Shown piece by piece: positions 50,623 through 63,630 of a stretch of 64,000 nucleotides of DNA. The notes beneath the pieces are model-generated. The model searched no databases and was not told the DNA's origin. It saw only the letters and a list, made by a program, of their open reading frames with translations. The stretch is taken from contig CM119384.1 in the NCBI GenBank assembly GCA_051294905.1, positions 9,486,001-9,550,000 on the forward strand, written 5' to 3'. Each line of letters begins with the position of its first letter. Position 1 is the first letter of the stretch. Origin of the DNA: Botryllus schlosseri (taxonomy: Eukaryota). A program made the position numbers and the translations under genes.

Positions 50623-50968
50623 TGTACTTATGATCAGAAAATATAAACGAAATCATATATAACAAGGCTAGACGAATGCACTTCAGTTTTTCTGTTCAAT
50701 TTCAATTATATAACGACCTTGTCCGTAATTCCCTTGTTACTTCTTTATAGGGAACGAAATTTTGCTAACAAATAACATGTTTTACATCGTAAAAACGCGG
50801 CGATATCGAAACCCTCAAAGCAGACAAGCAGTATAGGCTAAGTTAGTCCTCGTATGGTAAAATGTCCGTATCCTGAATGCTGTTTCTGAAGAACTCATCT
50901 GATTTCTGTTCGGTCGAAATCCAATATCCTGTGATCATGCACAATGAAGATGGTGCGAACTCCTAAAA

Positions 50969-51283
50969 CAGTGGTTCTCAAGCTGGGAGGCGTGAAAGCA
51001 TCTGGAGGCGGGTGTGAAGCTGAGGTCAATTGAAAAAATGTTTCGCACTCCGAGCGATTCACCACCAGCTCATAGTTATTGCTTTGTGTGTAGTCCGAAT
51101 TTCATATTTGAAAATTCTCTCATCAACAGTCACAACCCTTCATGCCATCAAACTATCCGCTGGGATTGCTTGCTAGCATTCTGGTTGCATTTTGTGATAT
51201 GACGATGAGGGGGGGGGAGGCGGGGCGTTAAATTTTTCGTTACCATAAAGGGGGGCGTGTCTGAAAAAGTTTGAGAACCATTG
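50969..51283. mobile_element. hAT MITE family E copy
   Basis: CAGTGGTTCTCAAGCTGGG / AAAAAGTTTGAGAACCATTG; flanks TCCTAAAA / CCCTAACA; colinear with 58144-58450. Confidence 0.85.
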
Positions 51284-54200
51284 CCCTAACAGGCCTATAG
51301 GATCGTGTGAGAAAAAAACTTTTTTGAAACACTACGAACGCGTGAATTCTTGTGATGTCACAATGCTAATTCAAACTCAATTCAATTTTTGCCATCCTGT
51401 ATACGCCCCGGTCTATTGCCGGAGTAATATATAGTCACATACTCAGTATTATAGTCAGTTATATATAGTCATTACTCAGAGTACGCTTCATGAGGTCAGC
51501 GGTTGGAGCAAAATGTCCCATTATGATCTTATCATATAAAAACTTGGTAATACCTTCTAATTCAGGGGCGGCCAATCCGTATAGACCGCGGGCCACATGT
51601 GGCTCGTGAGAAGGTTTTGAGTGAACCACGAGGTAATTCTCGAAGTTAGTTATGTTACCAAAAATAATTTACCCTGATACCCAGGCAATTTATTGTGAAC
51701 TATGTCGATGACTAAAATATCAGTTCCGACGCATTGGTGTAATCAGGGGTCAGCCATATTTTCGTATATCTCCGTTTATGACCATAACGTAGAATATTTG
51801 GTGATATTCTTAGCGATTTATTGTCACTTTGACTTTTTGCTTTTAGTATTGATATCCCCTTCTGAATATTAAAAATACGGCCATTTTGAGGCTAATTATT
51901 GAGGCTAACTATTCGCAATTATAAGAGAACGTGTTGTCCAACCTATGACTTCGCGTGTGCGCTCGGAGAAAGATTATCGGCAATGAAACCTTGCACAAAA
52001 TGATAGACGCATGTTCGCCGAAATCTTTGATATTTATATGTCCAATCAGCGAATAATCATGTCGCTTCCCAATGTGCCCAGTGGTATGCAATATTATTGA
52101 CCGAATTCATTCATTCATTATGAAAAAAATTCGCACCTAGCGCGGCTATGTCAAGAATGCACACTGAGTTTTCATGACATAATTTATATCGATTTTAATG
52201 CGTAAGGTAAGTCTTGTTTTCGTCGTTACCTAATCCGGTTCGCTCCTATCTGGATGACTAAAAAAGGTTATCAACATTCAAGTGGCCCACGCAATGGTTT
52301 GTAAACCTCTGATTCGTACCCAGTATTATTAGGCTGCTCGGGGGGAAGGTTCGGAGCCCCGGAATAATTTTACAGCACTTGATCGAACTTTCATTTCCGG
52401 TTGCATAAGTGCATATTATATACTTAACTGTGTTCTACTATACGGCGTATGTCAATGGCTAAACATGAAGCAATGGCGGAGACGCACCAAATGAATACTT
52501 ATCTACAACCAGAATATAGTGTGTTTTTGCAATCAAAATTCTCTGGAATCAGTATGATTTTTGATGATTCATGGTATATAATCACAGTTTTTTCCGTTAT
52601 GTATCCTTCTTCTGCAACGACTGATATATAAAAGGAATTTGATATCCAAGACATTGTCATCAAAACTGTTAAGACTTCTGCAAAATTCCACTATTTCTCA
52701 AAAACGTTCACAGGGTTGAATCAACTAACGTTCTTTTGCGAATAAGTACGACGTATACGATACCTCCCAAAGAAATTGCCATTTCTCACGTTTGGATTCA
52801 TCATTATCTAGTCTATATTCCAGAATCTATATAATTCTAAATGTCCACGCTTCGAGTTCGTAACTCAACCACAATTTCAAGCTGCTTTATGTCGCGCCTA
52901 AAGGACCGCCTAGCTCAATACATACTGTAACAATATACTTTATGTAAGGTTTACCACATGTGGCTTCTTCCCCACTAGGATATTCTTTTCAATTTCAGCT
53001 GCTGACATGAGGTAGAAAAATTCGATCAGAATGTAGCTTACAGGTTTGTCACGCGACATCGCTATTGAGTGGTATCAAATTATCTATTCATCAATCAATC
53101 GAAAGAACTCTTCAGCAAGCAACTGTACTTATTGTACATACTAGCGCTCGTCTTGGACACGACATTACCACCGAACAATTCACCTCATCATTTGGTCATC
53201 TATGAGGTCGGCTATAAGTATTACATTTCGCAACTAGCCATAGCGAAAACAGACATTGTGACTACTCGGTCAGTGTGCTTTGTTACATAACAGGGACATC
53301 AGATGAAAAACAAACTTCCCCGACGAAAAAGCAAGCCAAAGGGGCATGGTATGGAAGGGGAAATTTCCATATCCCTCATGTCACTAGTTCCATACCACAC
53401 AATTATGGGACCCCCGCTCGAAGGTGGCCCAAAAGTATTTCTTAAACACATATTCTGTAGAATATTTCTGGGCAGATTTACTCCGCTTGGGATTTTTCTT
53501 GGCGCTCCGCGCGATTGTGCAAATGTGATTTTGTAATCGTGTGCGTCGTACGAAAGGAGTATGGTCTGGTACGCGTGGCCAAAAGCAATGTATTTGGAGC
53601 AGCGACAATCGTTCCAGAAGTCACGAAATAACAACATGCTTCAACAAAGTTGTTGTTGTTTATAGTACACGCACTATTTTGGCGTTTATTGTCTGTTTAG
53701 GTTACTTGTGCCATGGCAATGAACATTTTAATGTTCATTGACCTTTGATTTTGTCCGCTTACACCCTAATTTGTGGGCCCAAGAACGGCGTTAAGGGACC
53801 AGGAAAAGTGCTGTTTCAGCCGTGTTGGCAACATTCCCCAATGTGGTAAGCCACTCCCGATACAATAATATACAAGCCATAGCATGTAATTCGCAATCTG
53901 GAGAACTAATCGAAATGACACCCTCTCGTCAGCAAGTCTTGCTGATCTAATGGTTACAACATGGTTATCGATTTTCAATAGCAGACTGATGTATTCTGGA
54001 GTAACAGAGATTGTTGGATTACATAAGCAAAACAAGTTTTTACGACAAAGGGAATGATAGCAATAATGAACCAGATGTGGAAATAGATCGAAAATTATTA
54101 TACATAAAAGTTTCGACAATACCCACAAATGAGAAATGACTAATCAAACAAGTTTTCTCCGATTCCTTGATATCAGACAATAATACTGTGCATTCGGCCT

Positions 54201-55892
54201 ATATGTCTATACCCGAAATTAAGTTTAACCTTCCCTGATAATAGACACGAAATCACACAAATATTCATTACATCTGAGCCGAGTGAGTGAAACGGGATGC
54301 GGCGGAATGTGATAGCGCAGCCTACTAACGTAGTACGTGGTTCTCAAGGTTTTCACAGTTCACAGTTTCACAGAGCCAGAGCAAATTGCGAAATTTCAAT
54401 TTAGTTACGAGGTATATGAAAACGGTCAGTGTTCACACGAACCAGAAGCTTTCGGGGATCGCACAACATTACAATGACGTATTTCACGTATACCAATATG
54501 GAAAGGGAGAGTCAATATGAAGTGAACAGTCAGGCCTGGATCATTCATCGATGCTTTGATGGCATATATAATATAATCATTATCTCCCGTTGCCATATAG
54601 AAAGTGGTCGCAGTTGTGATGGATATAGTGGACTCTTGGAGCTCCGTGAACTAGCGAGTAGAGCAAGATCAGTCGTAATATGTCAAGTAAAATCAGGTTC
54701 GTTGTTCTGTTTCAGAAATAATCAGTATTTTAGACTTGTCAACCTAAAAATTGTTTCGTAACTGGCTTGAAATATTCTGTAGTGATGGAGTCGATTGATC
54801 AGTCCTGTATATAGTCGGTCGATCGCCGGAAGACACATTCGCCCCCCCCCCAATTTTGACTAGAAAATTGCAACATCATGTCTGTTTACTATACGTCATT
54901 ATGGACTCGTGTGGCTACGCCAGCGTTTAAACTGCCGCCACCTCGATTTTCAGCTTTTTTTGATAATCCTGTGCGCTGTTTGGTGATGAGTGTACTGTAC
55001 AGCAGCGGTTCTCAACCTTTTTGACCTCGCGGACCGGTAAGACTTCAAAACAAACGTTGCGAACCGGCAAACCTTCAAAAATCAAAATTCACTCTAAATT
55101 TATTTCCGACAAATGCTTGCAACTAAAATGTAATATTGGAAACTTCATTTAATGGTGTCTTTTTGATAATATATATTTATATGTGGTTCTATTGAAGTTT
55201 CTGCAAGAAGCTCGCGAAGTCCTGTTAAAGAACACTAACCTGATTGTGATTGTACAGCATCCTTAAAAGAAACGCGAGTTTGCTATTTACTAAGACCTCT
55301 ATTATACTGTCAAGTGTCGCTTAATTGAACTGTCGTAATTTAACGAAGTTTGTTTCAGAGTCTCCATAGCTTCCGCATATAACTTGTCCGAAAAGACTTG
55401 CAGGCTTCTTTTAGACCAGACCTGGGCAAACTGCGGCCCGCGTGCCTGTTTCTCGGAATTCAAAACATGCAACCTGAATATCGCTGCGTGGAATAAAACC
55501 ATAAGCTGTATAAACTGAGCCGGACCGGATATTGGTTCACTTTGAAGCCTGTTCATTAATATTCCGCGACTACGCAGCCTATGTCCCTCGCAAGCTCACT
55601 TGCGTAACCCAGATTCAAAATAAACCAATGTAGCATATAGTATGGCGTAACAATTAAAGTCACAATAAGTCACTCATCATAGTTTAGTTCAAACCTTTTT
55701 TTGTTGCCATTGTCACATTTCGCATTAACATAAATTATAGAGTTTTTTTCAGATATTTATAAAACTTTATTCAAATTTTCTTCGCGCCTCGCACGATTTA
55801 TCGTGGCTATAGATGTTTTGATGTTAATATGGGTACCCCTCTCCCCGAAAAAAACCGCTTAATTTATAGAGATCAGCATTTCGGCGTCGGCA

Positions 55893-56707
55893 CAGGGGTA
55901 TAAAAAATACGGCCCGCGAGCCGCATACGGCCCGCCAGACTGTTTCATCCGGCCCACGAAGCAATTTTGAGTAGATTGAAAAATGCGTGTATATTATCGA
56001 GCATATTTCTAACAGCAAATGTTGGTATTTTTAGTAAGAAATACTTCCGGTAAATAATTCCTCACGACAGCAAATACAGAGTATGTTCATGTTCATGTTC
56101 ATAGGCCTTAACCATCCGACAGTGGTGTTGTGATTTAACTTTAGTCACCACTAGGAACAAGTCATTCACGTTGACACCCAATTTCGAGAAGGCAAAAAGT
56201 ACATACGGAGTTCCGAGTTTTATGGGGAAAGGAACCCAAAACTAGTTATTAACAGAAGTGAAAATTCCGATGCAAAATGTTTATATGCAGGTTACATGGA
56301 GAATATCATAGCTACACGGAAATATAAATCAAATATATGTGGTCAGCTCATGTATTACTCAAATGCACACGCGGGGCTGACGCCGGGATTGCATAGGAAT
56401 TTGACAACTCATATCATCGTAAGAGCCTCTGTAGTAGCCGTTTATAACTGCATTCAACCCCCAGTCATCGTATTATTGCTAATAAATTGCGAATAAAAGT
56501 GTAGCTAGAATAGAACCCCTAATGATCCTTAAGATGATGTCATAGACCTACTATCGTGTGTATATAGGCTTGATAATAAAGTATTCAAATTAAAAACAAT
56601 GGCATGAGTCTTGATATAATATTTTGGAATCATTTGACTGGTGCGGCCCGCGAGTGATCTGAAGGTTTGAATCCGGCCCGCGACGCAAGTTGAGTTTGAC
56701 ACCCCTG
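55893..56707. mobile_element. hAT-type (Charlie-like) element with CGGCCCGC arrays
   Basis: CAGGGGTA...CGGCCCGCGAGCCGCATACGGCCCGCC and CGGCCCGCGA...TTTGACACCCCTG; TSD not evident. Confidence 0.65.
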
Positions 56708-58143
56708 ATCTAGCATGTTACTCTGCGACGTGAGCTGCCAAAAAGCTCGACGGCGAGGAAACTTGGACCAAATGTACCGCCTCATGTTGGCCTCATGTTG
56801 CCATGCCTCTTTTTAACACTTATTAAAAAGTTTTGTTGATTTGAAATCCAAGGTGGAAGTTTGATTGATTAACTTCACCAAGTTGTTTCGATGCCTTGCT
56901 TTCTTCGCATTTTTCATTTATTTCAATTCTTGTCTTGTCCGAACTTGATAAATGACAATAAAATGATGCTGATACCGCCCGAATTTTCATCCTGACTATG
57001 CCTCGATCTGCATAGGTCTACTAGGCTATATTAAGGTTGCTATTCGTTCGGATTTCTTCGGACATGTACCTGATTTTGGTGTTAAAATTGGCGTAGGATG
57101 TAAGCCCATGCCTAAATGTCCATAATTCTCAAAAACCATATCGTACTTCTGTTTTTATTTATTGGTTGCCACCTTTTGATTTATGAAGGTTCAATGGTCC
57201 GCAAAATTTGATTTGGAGTTTTACTGGTCCACAAACTCAAAACAGCTGAGAACCACTGCACTATATCCATAGGTCGTCAAAAGTAGCCTAGTCAAGAAAG
57301 CTACTCAAGTAGAAGTGAACGTAGCGACTAAGTACGAGTAGAAGCAGAATGAGATTTGGGAGGCTTTAAATTTACTTAAGTAAGTATAGTTTTGAAAAGA
57401 TGCCATAAATACATGCTTTGATGGACTGTAAAAAGCAGGAAACTGAACTATGCGACAAGTGCAGAGAGCACACACACACACAGTTCATGATGCTACATCC
57501 CAGGAGGTATATATTTTGCACAGCAGAAGAACTGCAATGGATCATGGGATGAAAATGATAGTTTTGTTATGGAACCGTGGTTCCTAACTCTAGCACATCT
57601 CAGACATGATGTCCGAACACGCACCAAACACGATTTCCGATTGGCAATGCAGTCCGGAGACACCCCAGAATGATATCCGAACACCCCCAGACACGATATC
57701 CGAGTGTCAACCCAGTCCGAACCAGAGTTGGATCAATTGTAATTTGTAATTGAGCTGAATGTACTTAATTACATTTTTTTTATGTAATTGTAATTGTAAT
57801 TGTAATTGAAGCATTTCTATTTTGTGTAATTGTAATTGTAATTTGATAAAAATTTTGCTCAATTACAATTTCAATTACATTTTTATGGAAACCTGACAAT
57901 CACAACATAAAATAATCAATCAATCAATCATTTATTCGTCACACCAGTGAAAATCCGGTACGGACCAGGATGACGACGAGGGGCCTTAAGGCCTTTGCAC
58001 ACAGTCGCCACCTGTAATAATTAGCCTATTTACATCGCTGTTCTATGCGCGCCGCGTTATAACGAGATAATTCAGCCATGCTAAACTATTGCCCATACTT
58101 CAGTAGCAACAGAAAACTTTGTGAATTACAATATAGGCTAAAC

Positions 58144-58450
58144 CAGTGGTTCTCAAACTGGGGGGCGTGAAAGCATCTGAAGGGGGGGCGCGAAGCTCCG
58201 GTAAACTGAACTTTTTTCCGCGCTTGGCGCGATTCACCTCCATTTCATAGTTATTGCTCTACGTATAATCCGAATTTCATATTGGAGAATTCTCTCATCA
58301 ACAGTCGATAACCTTCCATACCGGTACCATCAAACTATCTGTAAGGATTGCTAACATTCTGGTTTCATTGTGTGATATGACCATAAGGGGGGCACGAAAT
58401 ATTTCACTGTCATAAAGGGGGGCGTGTCTAAAAAAGTTAGAGAACTAGTG
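58144..58450. mobile_element. hAT MITE family E, intact copy
   Basis: CAGTGGTTCTCAAACT / AGTTAGAGAACTAGTG; perfect 8-bp TSD GGCTAAAC. Confidence 0.9.
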
Positions 58451-58720
58451 GGCTAAACTAAATCATACTATATCAAAAATGAATGAACAGCAAATAAACT
58501 CTTCTCAAACCTATGCTGAACCATTTCCTACACCACGGTCAAAGTTTTATTTCTAAATCTCTGACCAATACCGAGGCTTGCTGCAACAATTGCAAATATA
58601 AATTCTATTTTCCAATCAAGGCTTCATCAAACTTCATTACGCATTTGTTGAGATGTTATCCCAATCTTACCTCCAATCTTGGCCAAATTTACTGGGGCCA
58701 GAAATTTTCGCACCCTGATG

Positions 58721-59694
58721 CAGTGTTGGGATCAAGTCACTACCTTCGAGTCACGAGTCATTTCGAGTCATTGCACATTTTGACTCGAGTCAAGTCAAGT
58801 CAATCGATTTTCAAAAGTGACTCGAGTCAAGTCAAGTCACTCGATTTTTGGAGGTGACTCGAGTCAAGTCGAGTCAAGTCAAGTCAAGTCACGAGTCAAG
58901 TCACATTTCCAGTCAAGTTGCCTTTTCGAAGTATGTATAAGTAATGATTACGTAATTGCAATTAGCTAGCTGTCTGAAATACAGTTTGAGTGGTCATTGA
59001 TTCCGAACCGATGACCGAATATTGAGTTGAATATATACGCAAGAAGGCACTGTATCGCTCACATATACGTAGAACTGTTAAACTACGTAATTGCGTATAG
59101 CCACAGTTTATAGTTACCAGCCGGAATAGAGCTGAGAAACGAATTGATAAGATGCAATACATTACCCATTTAAAAATAGATATGATACAATTCGAGCCTA
59201 CGCCAATGGTTGAGGACTAAACTATATTCGAATTCAATTTCAATAAAACAATAGGTTTAGTTAGGGTAAGAACAGAGAACGGAAATATGCATTTTGCTAT
59301 TTTATTACTTTACTACTAGAATTACGACAACGTAAGCTGTAAGCTTCGATCACTTCGTTTGCGCTCAATTTATTTATGCTGAGATAACAATCGAGGCTCA
59401 ATGAAACGCACGATCATTGAATAATTGGTCGCTCTCACGGGTTACACCAGCGTTTCGCGAACAATCCGAACATATGCAAGATACAGTGATTTTTATCGAC
59501 ACCGATTATACTTGATGACTTGAAATTGACTCGTGAATTTTGCTCCGAGTCACGAGTCATTGCACATTTCTGATACGCCGAGTCAAGTCAAGTCAAGTCA
59601 TTTTAGCAAAGTGACTCGAGTCAAGTCAAGTCATGCAAAAAGGTGACTCGAGTCTGACTCGAGTCAAGTCATGACTCGAGTCATCCCAACACTG
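58721..59694. mobile_element. hAT MITE with AGTCA/GACTCGAGTC subterminal arrays
   Basis: TIR CAGTGTTGGGAT / ATCCCAACACTG; perfect 8-bp TSD CCCTGATG. Confidence 0.92.
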
Positions 59695-60487
59695 CCCTGA
59701 TGTCCATCAAAGGCAATCTAACACTTTCCGAGCAAGTGAAAATGTAAATGCGAACCAAAATGGTGTAATTCGTAGTTATCAGGAGGTTCTTTCCTTTTGC
59801 ATTTATTTTAATTTTACACATCTTATCGGTATCATCCTTATCGCTGACGCCTTACCGATTACATTTCATTATCCTCACTCAGCTCTGAGTAGCCTATAAT
59901 CGTTTGATTACATTTCATTATGACTGTCTTTGTAGCCTATTCGCCGTTAGTCGCTCAAACTTGTGGTTATTAACAGTCGCTTGAAATATTTTTCTGTGTT
60001 TATAGTTTTCAATAGGCCTACTCGTGATTAGGAATAGTTCGAAAAAGTTCGATTTTTTTTTAATTAAAGGGTATTCTACGTATCATGAATGAAACACGAA
60101 TAGGTTGAGATTGTTGCTAATTACGTCGCTACGGTTGTCAAAGAACACCTCTCCACCGAGTCGCTTACATGTTTAACGATAATTGTATTTGTAATTGTAA
60201 TGAATTACATTTTTAACAGTAATTGTAATTGTAAATGTAATTGGATATTTTTAGCATTGAGTAATTGTAATTGTAATGTAATTGAATCATGGAAGGAAGT
60301 AATTGTAATTGTAATCATCATGTCTGGGGTGGGTTCGGACTGCGTTGACACTCGGCCATCGTGTCTGGGGGTGTTCGGACATCATGTCTGCGGAGTGTTC
60401 GGACTATGTTACCACTCGGAAATCGTGTCTGGGATAGGCCTATGTTGGTGCTGCGACTGGCGTTATTGTGAATATAACGACTGTCCT

Positions 60488-60585
60488 TATTATGAACATG
60501 AGACTGTTAAATTGTGAACATGACTGTTCTTATTGTGAACATGAGACTATTCTCATTTGAACAAAACTGTTCTCATTGTGAACAC
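60488..60585. repeat. ~20-bp-unit minisatellite (ATTGTGAACATGAGACTGTTCT-like), about 5 units
   Basis: Repeated TGAACA(TGA)GACTGTTCT variants. Confidence 0.75.
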
Positions 60586-61756
60586 AATCGAACCAACCAT
60601 CCTCCAGACATGTGGGATCGCGATCGGTGCCGTTGATTGATTGTGAGCTTTCTACGCTCTTTCTGTTTTCAGTAGAAAGCAGTGTTAGCGGTGGCGCTGG
60701 CGGTCTGCACCATTCGGACAATCGGTCATGCATTCTTATTTTCTGGAGTCCTTTCATCATTTGTAATGATCTCCTACTCACAGTTCACACTCTATCGGTA
60801 TCAAGTTTTATTCAGGACAGTTCAAAATAGTGTCGTCGTCATACAGAGTCGACTTTGTGAAGTTTTTAAGGATGCCTTGAAAGATAGGCGAATATATTCT
60901 CTATTTGATGACTCCATTTATGCGTGGCTCGATTGGCCCGTAGGTAAAGTTTGATATATATGTAGGCAGAGAATTTGTATAGGTCAACTTCCGCCCGAAG
61001 ATTACTGCCTATATGTCTGTAAATTGTATAATACTTATAGCTACACCTCTCTGTGCCATGCCATCCTACCTCATTCTCATCTGTGTTATTGAATTAATTC
61101 GACATTGTTTTAGCTCTGATTGACATAACACTCTGAAGATGTCATGTGTTGAGACATTAGACAGCAGGCTGCAGTTGAGGCCCTCTGCTTCATTGTGTTA
61201 TTGCTGTGATGCTGTTCCGAAAATTTCTAGTATAATCAGGTCAGGGTTGTGGAAAAATCACCTTAAAAGAGCAAAATTAATAAAATAGCCAGTATTGAAA
61301 CCTCGCACCGATTGTTTCGTCCGTACTTCGTGTCTACCTTCTTACCCTATACCACAATCAGATTGTAATTCTGCAGTGTGAGCTTGACAATGAGCGACAT
61401 GAACAAGATTAGAACATATATGAACTCGATGTAATGCACTTCGCACGGATTTATACTTACAAAACAATTGGCATGCAGTGTCAATAATGCAATATGCATT
61501 GTATCTCAGTGATTCCAGGGTTTCAGATTTCTAACCACTTTGGAATAATCTCGAGTTTACGGAGTCACCGCGGCAGCTTTCGATTCGGACCAGTGTTAGT
61601 CGATTTTGAGAAGAATTGCTATAGCCTGTATGAGATAACCCATGATTTATGTTCACCTGCTATCCACCGGGAGCCGCTGTTGTGAGTTTCTTGTGGATTT
61701 GTTATACATTTTCACATTCATCATTTACTTTTCAGTAATTTATTATGTTATGTTAC

Positions 61757-61892
61757 ATGAATGTAAAATTTCTATCACTTGTAATTCTCTCGTCATTGAT
61801 AACAATCCAATGTCAAAAGATTGAAGATGAATTGTATGACGGCTATGAATCGAAATGTGAGCCCTTAACGATCCCTATGTGCAGGACTATGG
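61757..61892 (+). CDS. First coding exon of a Frizzled-type CRD protein (Frizzled or sFRP); remainder outside the window
   Basis: MNVKFLSLVILSSLITIQC is a signal-peptide-like stretch; CEPLTIPMCRTMG matches the start of the Fz CRD (C.P(I/L).IPMC..(I/M)GYN); phase-1 donor G|GTGAGT; preceded by a candidate 54-nt 5'UTR intron at 61682-61735. Confidence 0.8.
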
Positions 61893-62346
61893 GTGAGTCC
61901 GGTGACTTATTACTTCCTATTGCTTTCCCAATGATGGATAATTTTTGATTACTTGTCATTTCCACGGATTGTCATATCCGGTTTGTCTATTACCTGCTAG
62001 TGGACTGTAGGCATATATGATATTGTATAATGATTTCAGGCAAATTAGCGGGTGTCAAAATAGCGAGTTGAAAATGACGAGGCATAGTTGATGGTTAAGG
62101 TCATTTGGGTGTTCCATGGAACGCCAATTGAGAAAGAACTACTGTTATATAGCCTATACCGGTATTGAAAAAAAAATTGTCGGGTGTGTCAATTGTTATT
62201 TCCTGGTATATTATAGAGGTAGTAGGCTATTGGGCGCTTCTTCAATAGTAGGTAGACATCGAACAATGTTCACCATGATCACCAATGAATGTTTCTCATG
62301 ACCACGTCAAAATTTCTAAACGTCAAAATATATTTTTTTTCGCTTT

Positions 62347-62726
62347 GGGATTGGGGTTGGGGTGGGGATATTAGTGTTGAGGTGAATATAAGGGTTGAAG
62401 GTGGGTTAGGGTCAAAGTTGGGGTTGGAGAAGAGGGATATTAGGGTTGGAATTGGGGGATATTAGGGTTGGAGGTGGGTTAGGATCAAAGTTGGGGTTAG
62501 GGTATCACAAGTTTAGGGTTGAGTTGAGGGACATGATATCCAACCCTAATATCCCCTCCTTAATCTTGGGATACCCTAACTATGACCCTAACCCACCTCC
62601 AACCCTAATATCCCCCTCTCCCTGAACCCTAATATCCCCCAACCTTAATCCTGGGATACCCTAACCCACGTCCAACCCTAATATCCCTCCTCCCCCAACC
62701 CTGATACCCCCTCCTCCAACCCTAAT
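62347..62726. repeat. Fold-back G-rich/C-rich minisatellite containing TTAGGG and CCCTAA units
   Basis: G-rich half 62347-62530 has 5 exact TTAGGG; C-rich half 62540-62726 has 8 exact CCCTAA; a related C-rich piece lies at ~63876-63954. Confidence 0.85.
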
Positions 62727-63425
62727 CTAAGGATGCCCCAACCCAGGCCTGGGCAGAGTGCGACACGCGGGCCAAACTTGCATTTTGAATGTTTATGCGT
62801 GGACTAAAACCATAGGATGCATGACCTAAACAGGAAATTTGTTTACTTTGAAGCATGTTCATTAATATGCCACGATCAGCCTGCCTATACGTATCTCGCA
62901 TGCGCATCCAGATTCAAAATAAAGGCAACGTGGCAAAGTATGAGTAACTATCAAATTCACAAGAAATCACTATTTCCAGTAAGTTTAGGTCAAACCTACT
63001 TTGTTGCCATTGTCACATTGTGTATTATACGGTACATGATTCAAATTGTTTCTTGAGGCGTACCAAATCCCTAATTCGAAAAACAAGTTAATCAGTGCTC
63101 TCGACTACTATATGACTCATCATATCTATCACCCATAAAGGATGAACGAACATGTCAAAAAGAGAAAGTCGAAAGCTGGTTTAGAAGAACACTAAATATT
63201 TGTATACTGTAGTTAGGGATAAATCCCTCCATTTTAGTTTTTGCCGAGTAGGCCTATAGTGCCGAGATTAAGGATTTAATTACGACAAAAACTCGGTCAA
63301 GGGACGGCTAATTTTAGAAAAACTGCAAACTTCGCTCAACATCAAGAGTATTTGAGCTGTACTGCACATTGGTCGGAATGCAGCAACCAAGACAAGCATT
63401 GTGCTATCCCATATACATTTCAGTG

Positions 63426-63630
63426 CAGTGGTTCTCGAACTGGGGGGCATGAATGAATTTCAAGATAGGCGTGAAGCTGAAGTAGAATGCATTTTTTTTC
63501 GCGCTCGGCCCGATTTAACTGAAGCTTATACTTTATTGCTCTGTGTATTGTCCTACTTTGATATATTACAGAATTCTCTCATCAACATCCATAATCCTCC
63601 ATGCCATCGAACTATCCGTCGGGATTGAAG
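63426..63630. mobile_element. hAT MITE family E, truncated copy
   Basis: CAGTGGTTCTCGAACTGGGGGGC...GAATTCTCTCATCAACA.TC.ATAATCCT.CATGCCATC.AACTATCCG as in 50969 and 58144. Confidence 0.8.

Larger units (their letters stand above)
57601..60431. mobile_element. Nested transposon cluster: inverted CAGACACGAT/GTCCGAAC arms enclosing a GTAATT-array element (57723-60326) and two intact hAT MITEs
   Basis: 57601-57722 is largely the reverse complement of 60332-60390; GTAATT arrays at 57735-57885 and 60178-60315. Confidence 0.7.

Noticed and set aside
52400-54300. Possible gene in unique DNA between TTC34-like and the Frizzled-type gene
   Set aside because: Only short ORFs with no homology or consistent splice chain.
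58740-59690. Regular short repeats (AGTCA, GTAATT, CGATTAC arrays) resembling CRISPR or satellite arrays
   Set aside because: Eukaryotic context, no constant repeat-unique spacer structure; they are subterminal arrays inside TIR/TSD-bounded elements.
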